From a virus: a stretch of 64,000 bases of DNA. A program made the translations under genes and the position numbers. Shown piece after piece: positions 10,001 to 18,876 of this stretch; the stretch's first letter is position 1; every line of letters starts with the position of its first letter. The DNA lies in the IMG/VR virus record IMGVR_UViG_3300021141_000006, positions 2,936 to 66,935 of that record; one strand, given 5' to 3'. Below the pieces are notes generated by a model. The model was not told where the DNA came from and searched no databases. It saw nothing but the letters and a program-made list of their open reading frames with translations.

Positions 10001-13000
10001 AGACCTGTGTCACCAAATGGTTTGGCATCTAATGTCAATGTAATTCCAAGGTCATCGGCAGTATCTGTAATATCTTTCATTACAGATTTGCCCATACCTT
10101 GACCTTTATCCATAGAAGCAATACTTTGTATTGATATTTCTCTTGCTCCGTCTGCTTTATCAAATCTACTGAACTCTAAAAATGCTTTATCTCCGTAGAT
10201 AAATTCTTTACCAATAGGATTTCTTTGAATGTTTCCTTTATCATTAAGTGCAGTCAAGAACTCATTTATAATTTCATCATTGGTATATTGAGTGACTTTC
10301 TTTGTTTCCTCAGCTTTAGTTTCACTATTTCTTTTGACTAATTCGTCTATAGCTTCAGCTTTATTTTCGCCTAGTATGTCTCCATATATTGATTCAAAAC
10401 TATAAGGTTTAAGATTGCGTTTGTCAAATTCAGCATTAACCCATGTCTTCTGACTTCTGTCATAGTACATCTTTCCAATCTTCTTTCCATCCAATGTAAC
10501 AGTTGTTTCACCGTCAAACTCATCAATGGTAGTCTTTATCTTCTGCTTTCTTACAGCAGCCTCACCTTCTTTCTGTTGGCCTACTTCACGAGCTTCAATC
10601 TCTTGACCCGTCTCAACCTTTCTTGATAAGGTATTCATAAACTGAATAGCCTCACGGTCTGTCATTTCTTTGAGACCAATAGCTTTAGCTAATCTGTTTA
10701 AGAATCGAACGATAATGTTCTTGGATGCAGGTGGCAACTGTTTGTAGTTGTCTGCCAATATAGCAAACAATTCAGCTAACTTCTCTTCGTTCTTGATATT
10801 CTCGTCATAGTTACTCTCAAAGTCATCTAAATAACTCATAAGCTCAGTGGTACCCTCAGCTTTCTTGAGTGATTTACGAACTGAGTTAATCATTGAACGA
10901 GTTAGTCTTTGTGCCTCAACATCTGTGTTGACTCTTGATAGTATCAAAGCATGGAATACCTCGTGAGGTACCGTTCTATTGGTTGCCTTCTCAAGATTGA
11001 TGTGTATCTGACCTGTCTTTCTGTCATAAAGACCACCTTCTGATAGTCTTCCGTCCATATCTTTTGTTGCCTCAACAAATGCCTCAGGTGTTGCGTGAAC
11101 AACAATCTTTACCTTTGGTAATACTTTAGCAATTGCCTTGGCAGCTCTTGCAATTTGTGCAACAACTTTTTCCTTTCCTACATTACGTATTTTCGCTGCA
11201 GTAAAGTCATTCTGTGTAAGTACATTGTTTTGCTGAGTAAGATCATCCAATGTCTGATCAACCTGTGGCACTTCCTGTACCTCAATGGTCTCAATCTTTG
11301 CAGTTGGCGCTGCTTGTACAGTAGGTTGTACAACTTCTTCTACTACAGGTGCAACTTCCGCAGCAGGTGCTTGCTGTTCTTCTTGAGTAGGAGTTAACTG
11401 ATTTAAGAACTCAGTATAAGTACCTCCATCATTTTTTCTAGCTTCAGCATATGCTATTGGGTTAGCTTCAAGCTCAGCTGCAAGACCTTGTTTTTCTTCT
11501 TGCGTAACAGTATCTCCAAGATTGTTTATTGATTCCCTCTCCGTTTCAACAAAGCTATCTATAACGATTTGCCTTTCTTCTTCAGTGAGCTTTGTTTGAG
11601 CTTGCCCTCCTTCAGTTTCTTGTCCGACAACTTCTTCTGCGATAGCTTCTCCGGTAACGACTTGAGGTTCTGATTCGGGTACTCTTTCCTCCACTTGTTG
11701 GCCAACTCCGGTTCCTGACTGAACAGGAACCGCATCTGCGCCTTGCTCTTGAACGGCATAACTTAATCCTTTTAATTGTTCGTTAATCTCATCGACTCTA
11801 TCCTTTTGTTTTGCAACAAGGTTAGGGTCTTTATCTTTTATTTCTTTATCTAAACTTTCTCTTTCCATCAATAACCCAAAGGCTTCCCTTTGAGCTCCGA
11901 CTGAAAAGTTTGTTGGTATTTGTCTTAGTGCAGGATACGCTTCATTGATGGATTTTATTTCCTCATCAGCTTGTTCCCTTGTTATTTGATTATCCTCAAC
12001 CTTTTTATTTATTGAAGATATAGCTCCCTCACGGGCATCATCATTTAATATGATATCTCTATATACAGCAAATCTATTATTTGAAACTTTGTTTGATATA
12101 GGTTCTACTACACCGACTGATGCTGTACTACCCATACCACCGGCTACAGCTCCAACAAGAAATGCATTACCTGATTCTTTTAATAGCTGCCCTATACCTT
12201 CAGTAGTTGATAGGTCAGCAGCATCTTTAAAGAATTTATTCTGTACAATTTGATTGTATATTTCTTTGGATACAGTACCACCACCTTCTTCCTTGGCTTT
12301 GTCTAATTGGTTTGATTGGATGATTCTATTAGCTACATCCTTTTCTACTCCCTCAAAAATCTGCTGAGTAAACTCGGTACCACCCTCAACTATACCTGCA
12401 CCTGTAATCTTAAGCATTCCATTAGCTACGCTCGCTGCAACACTTTTGTCAATTGCACTTTTAATTTCTAATAGCGAAGCGTTTTTTGGAAGAGAGCTAA
12501 ATGTCTTTGACATGATATACTCAGAAAACATTCCGAGCGTTTTGTTTTTTGCAGCGCCTGTAGCGACTTTAGCTCCTAACTTCTCAAGAGCTCCAATGAC
12601 TAGACCATAAGGTACAGACATTATTTTCTTTTCATTTTCGCTCAATGCATCAAATTGAGGACCTCTCATTTGGTCTTCAAGTGCATTGTATGACATTGCA
12701 AAGAATCCTGCATTAGTTCCTGCGGTAGCAAGACCACCACCTACAGCTCCTAAGCTTTCTCCTATCGCAAAAGCGGCTTGTTCTATAACTCCTCTATCAG
12801 TTGACTTTGCATATTCTTCAGTAGTTCCCATACCAAATGCATCAGGAACACTTCTTAAAACTTGATTTGCTTTGTTTTTTACTGATTTCTGAATTTCATT
12901 TTTTATCTCATCATCACTGAATCCTAACTCTTTTAGCCTTTCATATTCACCCGGTGTAATTGCATCTGCAAGAGTTTTAGCATCTGTTACAGCTGCTGCT

Positions 13001-14262
13001 CCTGCAATACCAAAGTCAATCATCGCCTGAGACACATCTGTCAATCCTTCTCCAACACCTCTAAGTACAAGACCTGTAAGGCTACCTTGTTTCTCTCTTT
13101 CGGCAGCCGTAATAACTTTGGCATCTTCTAAGTTATTTGTAAGTTTATCAATCTTTTCAGCTTTACCAATGACACTTGACATAATGTCTCTTCTTTGGGT
13201 CAAAGACTTACGTTCATTCTCAAGCGCTGCTGATCTTGAATCAAAATCAGCCTTAGACATTTTACCGCCTTTTACATCCTGATTGAATTTAGCAACTTTT
13301 TGCTCGTATGATTTTAAGTCAGAATCATAAGTATCAGCTTTAGCTCTAGTCATTTCTCCATTAAGAAGTTGTCTTTCTCTTTCAAAATAACTATCTACAT
13401 CCATTCCTTCTAGCAATGATGCTTTGAATTTATTTGGATTAGACCCAACTAATTCGACTAAGTCTTCTACGCTTTGTGCATTTTCAAACTGTTCTCTTTC
13501 TGATTTCTTTACTAGATTGGTAGAGACAAAACTTTTTAATTCCTTGTCAGCATTAGGATCTGATAAGTCAATTGTTTCTTGGTTTAGAATAGTACTATTA
13601 ATACCATCTCCTATTTTTGATGTGACTGTTAGTTGCCAACCTAATTTTTTAAATTCTAAATTTGTTCCTTCAAATTGCTTATTTAAAATATTGGCAGTTG
13701 TCTCCTCATCTAAATCTCTAAGTTTTTTTGAGGATGGAATTTCATTAATAGAAGAATAAGCCTCAAACTCTTTTTTACCAAAGTCTTCAGCCATCATTTG
13801 CATGGCTTCTTTGTCACTCAATGCATCAAATTTTCGGATTGGCTTTGTTTCTTTAGGTTGCTCAAATGTACTTTCAACCTTTTGACTTGGGGCCTTAGCT
13901 TTTTTCTGAGCGTTCTGAACCTGATCTATATAGTCGTCAGTTCTATATTTCTTTTGTGAAGTAGGCTCTTCAGTAACGCCTTCAAATCTTCGAGAAGAAG
14001 AACCCGATGTAGGTTTTTCCAATTTGGAAGCCGATACGGTAGACTCTTTTTTTTTTACAGGTTCTTGATTGAAACCAAGTTCAGGGAACTTTGAATTTAC
14101 AACACCGTAATCGTAATTATTCTTTTCGGCAGTAGCAACATAGTCTTTCAATAATTGCTGATCGTATCCTTTCAATTCAGGGAATTTGCCAAATACAGTA
14201 TTCCAATTGTAATTATACTTCTGTGCAGTAGCAATGAAGTCTTTTAATAGTTGTTCATTCAT
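7021..14262 (-). CDS. Giant virion ejection / polyvalent protein (about 2413 aa) with HExxH zincin-like and GNAT-like domains
   Basis: Last gene of the late block; PHEVFH at 10951-10965; GNAT motifs KGQGMGKSVM...FYEKNGF; N-terminal 32-aa tandem repeat (QLLKD..ATA.K.NY....V..KFPEL x2); ATG at 14262 follows a promoter. Confidence 0.8.
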   Translation of the reverse strand: MNEQLLKDFIATAQKYNYNWNTVFGKFPELKGYDQQLLKDYVATAEKNNYDYGVVNSKFPELGFNQEPVKKKESTVSASKLEKPTSGSSSRRFEGVTEEPTSQKKYRTDDYIDQVQNAQKKAKAPSQKVESTFEQPKETKPIRKFDALSDKEAMQMMAEDFGKKEFEAYSSINEIPSSKKLRDLDEETTANILNKQFEGTNLEFKKLGWQLTVTSKIGDGINSTILNQETIDLSDPNADKELKSFVSTNLVKKSEREQFENAQSVEDLVELVGSNPNKFKASLLEGMDVDSYFERERQLLNGEMTRAKADTYDSDLKSYEQKVAKFNQDVKGGKMSKADFDSRSAALENERKSLTQRRDIMSSVIGKAEKIDKLTNNLEDAKVITAAEREKQGSLTGLVLRGVGEGLTDVSQAMIDFGIAGAAAVTDAKTLADAITPGEYERLKELGFSDDEIKNEIQKSVKNKANQVLRSVPDAFGMGTTEEYAKSTDRGVIEQAAFAIGESLGAVGGGLATAGTNAGFFAMSYNALEDQMRGPQFDALSENEKKIMSVPYGLVIGALEKLGAKVATGAAKNKTLGMFSEYIMSKTFSSLPKNASLLEIKSAIDKSVAASVANGMLKITGAGIVEGGTEFTQQIFEGVEKDVANRIIQSNQLDKAKEEGGGTVSKEIYNQIVQNKFFKDAADLSTTEGIGQLLKESGNAFLVGAVAGGMGSTASVGVVEPISNKVSNNRFAVYRDIILNDDAREGAISSINKKVEDNQITREQADEEIKSINEAYPALRQIPTNFSVGAQREAFGLLMERESLDKEIKDKDPNLVAKQKDRVDEINEQLKGLSYAVQEQGADAVPVQSGTGVGQQVEERVPESEPQVVTGEAIAEEVVGQETEGGQAQTKLTEEERQIVIDSFVETERESINNLGDTVTQEEKQGLAAELEANPIAYAEARKNDGGTYTEFLNQLTPTQEEQQAPAAEVAPVVEEVVQPTVQAAPTAKIETIEVQEVPQVDQTLDDLTQQNNVLTQNDFTAAKIRNVGKEKVVAQIARAAKAIAKVLPKVKIVVHATPEAFVEATKDMDGRLSEGGLYDRKTGQIHINLEKATNRTVPHEVFHALILSRVNTDVEAQRLTRSMINSVRKSLKKAEGTTELMSYLDDFESNYDENIKNEEKLAELFAILADNYKQLPPASKNIIVRFLNRLAKAIGLKEMTDREAIQFMNTLSRKVETGQEIEAREVGQQKEGEAAVRKQKIKTTIDEFDGETTVTLDGKKIGKMYYDRSQKTWVNAEFDKRNLKPYSFESIYGDILGENKAEAIDELVKRNSETKAEETKKVTQYTNDEIINEFLTALNDKGNIQRNPIGKEFIYGDKAFLEFSRFDKADGAREISIQSIASMDKGQGMGKSVMKDITDTADDLGITLTLDAKPFGDTGLSKEALISFYEKNGFTPNLEEAFGGEFETKEELIDYVLEEEGEALPMIREPKQKFAVRKQKTTSPDKIVDSGTKAGKTDAEIRQEGKAAGFTNKEMTEALSKYYTKEQKVFMKSGVKGLVGRFVDGARRFKQQFLTSKGLLPKIGFTYKEKMEGEISAEANRAAKTAKKFGVLFDKFTGDKELLLKAFDKALRGDKSIQLPAGFAGLANEMRNHIDRLSQMLITTGAVEGDMADAIRENMGTYITRSYEIFDNKNFRQKVGEQELQAAKNFLRTEPGMISLAKAEAARTGTTINEALDILVDNKIDEYFADAETGALVKGAKLGSKDLSTLKERKEIPEQIRMLMGEYSDPAMNYARTVLNISSLVARHQFLTQVKEAGMGKFFFEKNDSQRPKGFDTEIASEGSDTMSPLNGLMTTPEIAEAFDLYNGKQGEDHWAQQAIKVYYKAMGLVKWLKTIGSVATHAKNIFSNLGFVAVNGHSLIEIGKAVKVVAQDLKTMSKPEVEAKIDEYIKAGIMRQGAGINEIRDMFKDADMDGFLERRLSMKKRKGVMGKIRQAISSRSSKIISAMEDAYQAEDDMFKIAAYETEMNRYADALYNKSKDQLTDKEKQEVSDIAANNVKNTYPTYSRIPEGIKRLRRFPLFIGSFISFQAESYRTAYNTIALAKDELSSKNKKIKNIGARRVAGASSYLAAKTAMLSYLGYAAGTGIGGVLSALFDDDDEKKKEKDVRSFLPPWSQNSDLIILKAADGQIEYIDFSASDPHGGLNKALNAFLKGDDLLDSFKQSTLELVGQFQGPDILTNLAIQLKGNENDFGKPIYNEEDSFSEKADKILDYVYKVVEPGTITSIRKAAASEQSLGQIAFGDATGLKVRKSDVKEQFGYKLAEFDESFKDIRKIYNSEYYKSLEIEEDPKATKKDIQEQNKKTEQSLVRANEKYAAKAKELMDLINSANRLGVDYDELINELGFIKSTMGKSNISEMENGGDEFIKEKED
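9819..10558. repeat. Perfect 20-bp direct repeat TCTTCTGCTTTCTTACAGCA (9819-9838 and 10539-10558) flanking an in-frame 720-bp cassette
   Basis: Both copies read directly; the 720-bp offset equals 240 codons; both encode AVRKQK. Confidence 0.9.
11559..11759 (-). CDS. Overprinted small basic protein (MPFKSKAQ...), out of frame inside the giant gene
   Basis: 66 aa; N-terminus resembles stand-alone phage MPFKS-type proteins recalled from memory; ATTAAAAGGATTAAGTT directly upstream; locally raised GC. Confidence 0.6.
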   Translation of the reverse strand: MPFKSKAQMRFLFSQEPELANKWRKEYPNQNLKSLPEKLSQKKLSDKKLKEGKLKQSSLKKKGKSL

Positions 14263-14265
14263 ATG

Positions 14266-14273
14266 CAAATATA
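14266..14273 (-). promoter_or_regulatory. -7 element TATATTTG, 3 nt before the ATG (possibly leaderless mRNA)
   Basis: TATATTTG-CAT-ATG on the minus strand. Confidence 0.55.
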
Positions 14274-14277
14274 CTTA

Positions 14278-15873
14278 TTATCTCGGTTTCCCACCACTTG
14301 CTGCAGCACCTCCTCCTGATGATTTGCTACTACCTGATGAAGCTTGACCTGTTCTTTTTTCTCTTTCCTCATCAGTGTATGTTGAAGAGCTATATAGCGC
14401 ATCTTGGCTTAAGCTTATATCAGTAGGTAAATAAGCTCCAAATAATGTAAATCCGTGGATATCTCTAAATTGATTCTTACCTTCTTTGTAAACTTCTTGA
14501 GCTTGCTTTTGATCAATACCATCTAGGTATGAAGCTAAGTCATCAGCATTTGTAACTTTTTTGAATTTTTCAGGCTTGTCTGCATATTTAACATTTCCAC
14601 CTGATGCCACATACATTACATTCTTGCCGCCTGTTTTGTCAAAATAAAAACTGTAGTCTGTAGTATTCAAAGCGCCTAGGTTACCTGTTCTCATGGCATT
14701 GTTTGCCTTCTCATAATAAGAAACCTTATCTGTTTTTTTATCATTACCAGTTCCGCGTCCGTAGTTAGGCGCATATTGGATAGAAGGCTCTGCTTGAAGA
14801 TCAGTCTTTGTCTGTTGGTCTACAGCATTGCGTGTTTGCACGCGAAGGAAGTCACTAGCTGCTTTTGTTTGATTTTCAGTAAACTTAGGGCGAATCATTC
14901 CTGACCCATCATCCTCAAGTAAAATATATTTAGCATTAGTCTTTGCTAACTCAGCATCGAATGTAGGCTCATAAAAATCATTGGTTCCAGGAACCTTATC
15001 AACTGCGTCTGTCAATAAACCAAGTTGGTTAAACGGATTGGCAAGTTCAGCCTTAATCATACCACTCTCCCATTCCTGATACGCAGTCAATGTCTTTTGA
15101 TCCTCATCGCTAAGTCTAGTTCTTAATGTAGGATCAGTCATCTCATCGATGCGAAGCATACGATACGCACCTTTTAACTTTGTGACGCTTGTTTTTAAAA
15201 CCTCTCCCAATGCCTCAACCTGACCATCAACAGCTGCGACATAGTTATACTTGTCGAGCTTTACATTCATTCTATTTCGTAATTGATTGACGCTCATATA
15301 GTTGTCAGGATTTTCATCCATCATCATAACTTCTTTCCCGTCATCTCCTTTTTTCTTTATCATCTTAGCAATACTAACCTGACCATTGGTAGGGTTGATG
15401 TACGCCTTGGTATTAGTAAAGTTGCTAAGACCTTCAATTTGTTCCATAAGCCAAGCCTCAGTTTCCTGTGATTTTCCTAGCTCATATCGCTCCATTAATT
15501 CTTTGGCTTTATCTTGGTATTCTTTTGACACCTCAAACATTTGCTTTGTGCTATCTCCCAAGTTCTGTCTCTGAACTGTATAATCACGAACACTTAGTCG
15601 ACCGCTCTTGAGTAGCCTGTCCTGCATTAAGCGGGCTTGTGCTGCATCATTGGCAAAGTCTAATGTCCATTCATTGGCAGCCTTAAAATCACCTGTAGGT
15701 GCATTGGCCAATGTCTCACCGTATTGACGAGATGCCTCATCAATTGCAGCTTTCTTTTCTTCACGGATAGTTGCCTCAGTATTGAGCATATCCGTTACAT
15801 TCTTCCCTACCTCAGCCCAATTAATTTGTGACTCAGCACTGCGTTCCGCAAACTTATAGTATGTCTTAGCCAT
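14278..15873 (-). CDS. Putative internal virion (ejection) protein, 531 aa
   Basis: Helical protein positioned between the tail genes and the giant protein. Confidence 0.65.
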   Translation of the reverse strand: MAKTYYKFAERSAESQINWAEVGKNVTDMLNTEATIREEKKAAIDEASRQYGETLANAPTGDFKAANEWTLDFANDAAQARLMQDRLLKSGRLSVRDYTVQRQNLGDSTKQMFEVSKEYQDKAKELMERYELGKSQETEAWLMEQIEGLSNFTNTKAYINPTNGQVSIAKMIKKKGDDGKEVMMMDENPDNYMSVNQLRNRMNVKLDKYNYVAAVDGQVEALGEVLKTSVTKLKGAYRMLRIDEMTDPTLRTRLSDEDQKTLTAYQEWESGMIKAELANPFNQLGLLTDAVDKVPGTNDFYEPTFDAELAKTNAKYILLEDDGSGMIRPKFTENQTKAASDFLRVQTRNAVDQQTKTDLQAEPSIQYAPNYGRGTGNDKKTDKVSYYEKANNAMRTGNLGALNTTDYSFYFDKTGGKNVMYVASGGNVKYADKPEKFKKVTNADDLASYLDGIDQKQAQEVYKEGKNQFRDIHGFTLFGAYLPTDISLSQDALYSSSTYTDEEREKRTGQASSGSSKSSGGGAAASGGKPR

Positions 15874-15876
15874 ATC

Positions 15877-16707
15877 TTAGAATTGGAATGGGTTACTCTT
15901 TTGATCTGCTGCTCTGAATAATTTTCTAAATTGAGCATTCTTAATCAACATATCATATTGCTCAGGAGTTAATGCTTTTTTAAATGCATTGTATTCAGAT
16001 TCTGACATTTGACTGATTTTATCAAAGTCAAGATTAGTAAAACCTTCACCTGCAGTACCTAATCCTGCAAAATTAATATTACCAATTTTTTTAATTTCAT
16101 CAGGTGTTAATTGCATTTTCCCAAATGCCTCTTGCTCAGATAAAGAAGTGTCATTGTATAACGCAGGTAATTTAGCAGCTTGACCAATCATGCTAGTTAC
16201 TCCTGCAATTGCTCCTTTAGCAGCCTGTGCAGCACGCTCTTCGTACATTGCTGATGCCTGTTGTGCGCCTTCAGCTTCATCTAAAGCTAATTGAGCCTTA
16301 ATGTCTCTGAGTCTTGAGTCCTCAGCAGCTGATAGCTTCTCAAGGTCCATCATCTCTTGTCCTTGACGTGTTTGGATATCTCTAATTGCATCTGAGTAGC
16401 CGGCATAAACTCGTCCTGCTACCGCTGCAGCACCACGCTCGCTTTCACGACCTGCCTCAATTGACTGTGCACCAACAGATGCCAATGCCTCACGCTCTAA
16501 CTCGTATGGTTTCATTTGAATACCAAGTTGGTCGTAGACATTTACTTCCAAGAATTTATCAGCTTCTTGTCTGAATTTTAAAGCATCAGCGTCAGACTCC
16601 TTTTGGAGCTTTCTCATTCTGCGCATATCTCCAATTGAGAAGGCTGTGGTTAAGGCTGTTGATACAGCGCCACCTATTGCTGCTATTGCTGCGAATCCTA
16701 TTGGCAT
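15877..16707 (-). CDS. Putative internal virion (ejection/pilot) protein, 276 aa
   Basis: Gly/Ala-rich hydrophobic N-terminus and Ala/Gln-rich coiled coil, like podovirus gp14-type proteins. Confidence 0.65.
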   Translation of the reverse strand: MPIGFAAIAAIGGAVSTALTTAFSIGDMRRMRKLQKESDADALKFRQEADKFLEVNVYDQLGIQMKPYELEREALASVGAQSIEAGRESERGAAAVAGRVYAGYSDAIRDIQTRQGQEMMDLEKLSAAEDSRLRDIKAQLALDEAEGAQQASAMYEERAAQAAKGAIAGVTSMIGQAAKLPALYNDTSLSEQEAFGKMQLTPDEIKKIGNINFAGLGTAGEGFTNLDFDKISQMSESEYNAFKKALTPEQYDMLIKNAQFRKLFRAADQKSNPFQF

Positions 16708-16729
16708 TTTATTATTTTTTTATATTATA

Positions 16730-16737
16730 CAAAGATA
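16730..16737 (-). promoter_or_regulatory. -7 element TATCTTTG
   Basis: Intergenic, about 22 bp upstream of the ATG at 16707. Confidence 0.65.
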
Positions 16738-16743
16738 AGTTTT

Positions 16744-17547
16744 TTAAGGGAAACTCTTCATAACCTCTGATTCAACGGCAAATAGCTCAACTTTTGCCGT
16801 ATTGTCGTTTTCTAAAGTGAACAAACAGTAGTGCCCTAACACGCCATGAGATTCAGCCACAGAGTTCTTAATGTATAAGAAATAAGCATTCTGTATGCCC
16901 GGTATAGAGCCACCTGTAACTGTGGTATCTACTACAAAGTAGTTGTCACCTGCAGGATAGTTCTGAACAATATCAACAATCTCACCACACAATACAGGCG
17001 TACTAAAGCTAGGCGGCAAAGCATAGTAAAGGTAGTCGCCTACACTAGCTATGCTACCAATCTGTATCAACGGGTTTATTGAGAAACCAATCTCAACGTT
17101 AGCGCCAGTGCCTGTGACACTTAAGCTTCGTCCTACACCATTCAATGATCTCAATGCATACTCATCAACTCCCGCAGGTACATCTCCTGAGTTTCTAATA
17201 AATGCAAAGTATACCTGCTCTTTCTTTTGAAACCATTCTTCTTGAATGAACCCACTGTTTTGAATGTCAGTCTCAATTGGAGTTGCCTCCCACGTATCAT
17301 CACCCTGCAAAGCAAGTGTCTTGAACAACTTGTTTTCTAGTGGTGAATTATTAAATACGCTAGTTATTTTTGAATTGTATTGTACACCATAGAAATTGTT
17401 TCTAAGCGCATTTACATTATGTCGGTATAGGTTACCACCTTTAAACGTATAAAAGTAATTGTTCATACCAATCATCCAATCAGGCATGAAAGAGTAAAAT
17501 GATGGCCATCCATCAAATGTTTCGCTATATGTTAGTGTATATTCCAT
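16744..17547 (-). CDS. Tail stabilisation / muzzle-associated protein
   Basis: GWPSFYSF.PDWMIGMNNYFYTFKGGNLYRHN..RNNFYG, similar to the C-terminal part of crAss-like stabilisation proteins. Confidence 0.65.
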   Translation of the reverse strand: MEYTLTYSETFDGWPSFYSFMPDWMIGMNNYFYTFKGGNLYRHNVNALRNNFYGVQYNSKITSVFNNSPLENKLFKTLALQGDDTWEATPIETDIQNSGFIQEEWFQKKEQVYFAFIRNSGDVPAGVDEYALRSLNGVGRSLSVTGTGANVEIGFSINPLIQIGSIASVGDYLYYALPPSFSTPVLCGEIVDIVQNYPAGDNYFVVDTTVTGGSIPGIQNAYFLYIKNSVAESHGVLGHYCLFTLENDNTAKVELFAVESEVMKSFP

Positions 17548-17549
17548 AT

Positions 17550-18866
17550 TTAACAACTACATGAATCAAGTGTTACAATTACTCCCGCAGGAGACCCCGG
17601 TACTGAAACGCTTCCGGTTCTAGCGCAAATATAAGCAATTGTGTATGCAGCTACCGCTTGTGTCTGTGGAGCTCCTGCGCAATTGTTATAACTTACAGTT
17701 ACTGAAGAAGCAGTCATATTATCAACGCTATAGTTCTGACATATATCAGCACAAGATTCATAAACAGTAATACTATCAATGGTTACTGTTGCTGTAGTAA
17801 ATGTCTCTGATATCACATTGAATACACATCCTGCGTAAGATGGGTAAGATACTGTAACGAAGTCACCTACTTGAACACCAACTACATCTGAGTTTGCAAC
17901 TATTGTCAAACCATCTCCGCAACGCTCAATAATATATGCATTGTATTGACATTCTCCCATTTGAATAATAATTCCACTTTGTACCAAAAACCAATTGTAT
18001 GAACTAGGTAACATAGTAGGCGCGTGGTAATAACCATCAGTTGCTACAACTTCACCATTAGGATCCAAGAATACCCAATCAAATAGACCAAGCGTTGTGC
18101 CATTTCCATTGACAGGGTAGTTATAGTAAATCAGATCATCCGGATACTCACATACTGAGTCAGCAGTTGGTCTAACTTGACTAGTATAAGTTGGAAACAA
18201 AGGTATAGGGCACGATACGTTTAAATCAATACCACTTGGATTACAAGGAGAAAATACTGTAATGTTCAGCGTAGATGGATTGATAAGTGGTTTAGGTATA
18301 ACCATAATGCAATTGCCCGGTGCATTTATAGATGTCTGAATTTGAGTTGGTAATGCACTGATTGAAGATGTTGTACCATTATACACGTATGTAGATGTTG
18401 ATGGATCCCAATCATAGTTATTTAAAGTATGTGGGCTATTCGCTACAATACCGCAGTCACTGTCTTCATCGCCAACATAAACAGGAAGTCCTGATGGAGC
18501 TGTTAGAAGCCCGTAGACGGGAGAACTGAACGTATTATATGTAATACCATCATAAGAAGCAATAAAGCCCTTAGGCACAGACAAAGAGTTAAATGACACT
18601 ATTATAGCGCCTGTATCTCCAATGTCATTTCCTAAATCAACTTCAATGTTAAATACACCATCTCCTACGATATATCCATCAAAGTCAACTCCGCATCTAG
18701 ACCCGCATGATGGGCAGGGCTTTGCTGATCCCAAAACGCAGGACGTTTGAACTCTTGTAATTGTACCATCAGAGTACACTCCATTTGGAGCGCAAACAGT
18801 AAGCGCCGCGTTAGTATATACTGCGGTCGCTTGAGCTAGTGTTGGTGCGTCTAAGTAATATGGCAT
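17550..18866 (-). CDS. Cys-rich tail-associated structural protein, 438 aa
   Basis: Beta-rich with many Cys; located in the tail module. Confidence 0.7.
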   Translation of the reverse strand: MPYYLDAPTLAQATAVYTNAALTVCAPNGVYSDGTITRVQTSCVLGSAKPCPSCGSRCGVDFDGYIVGDGVFNIEVDLGNDIGDTGAIIVSFNSLSVPKGFIASYDGITYNTFSSPVYGLLTAPSGLPVYVGDEDSDCGIVANSPHTLNNYDWDPSTSTYVYNGTTSSISALPTQIQTSINAPGNCIMVIPKPLINPSTLNITVFSPCNPSGIDLNVSCPIPLFPTYTSQVRPTADSVCEYPDDLIYYNYPVNGNGTTLGLFDWVFLDPNGEVVATDGYYHAPTMLPSSYNWFLVQSGIIIQMGECQYNAYIIERCGDGLTIVANSDVVGVQVGDFVTVSYPSYAGCVFNVISETFTTATVTIDSITVYESCADICQNYSVDNMTASSVTVSYNNCAGAPQTQAVAAYTIAYICARTGSVSVPGSPAGVIVTLDSCSC

Positions 18867-18876
18867 AATAATTTAT

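Noticed and set aside
9839-10538. Intein or IS element in the giant gene
   Set aside because: No Cys/Ser start with His-Asn end, no transposase and no terminal inverted repeats
7021-14262. Virion RNA polymerase as in crAss-like phages
   Set aside because: No DxDGD/DFDID catalytic motif seen; host-type promoters precede the genes
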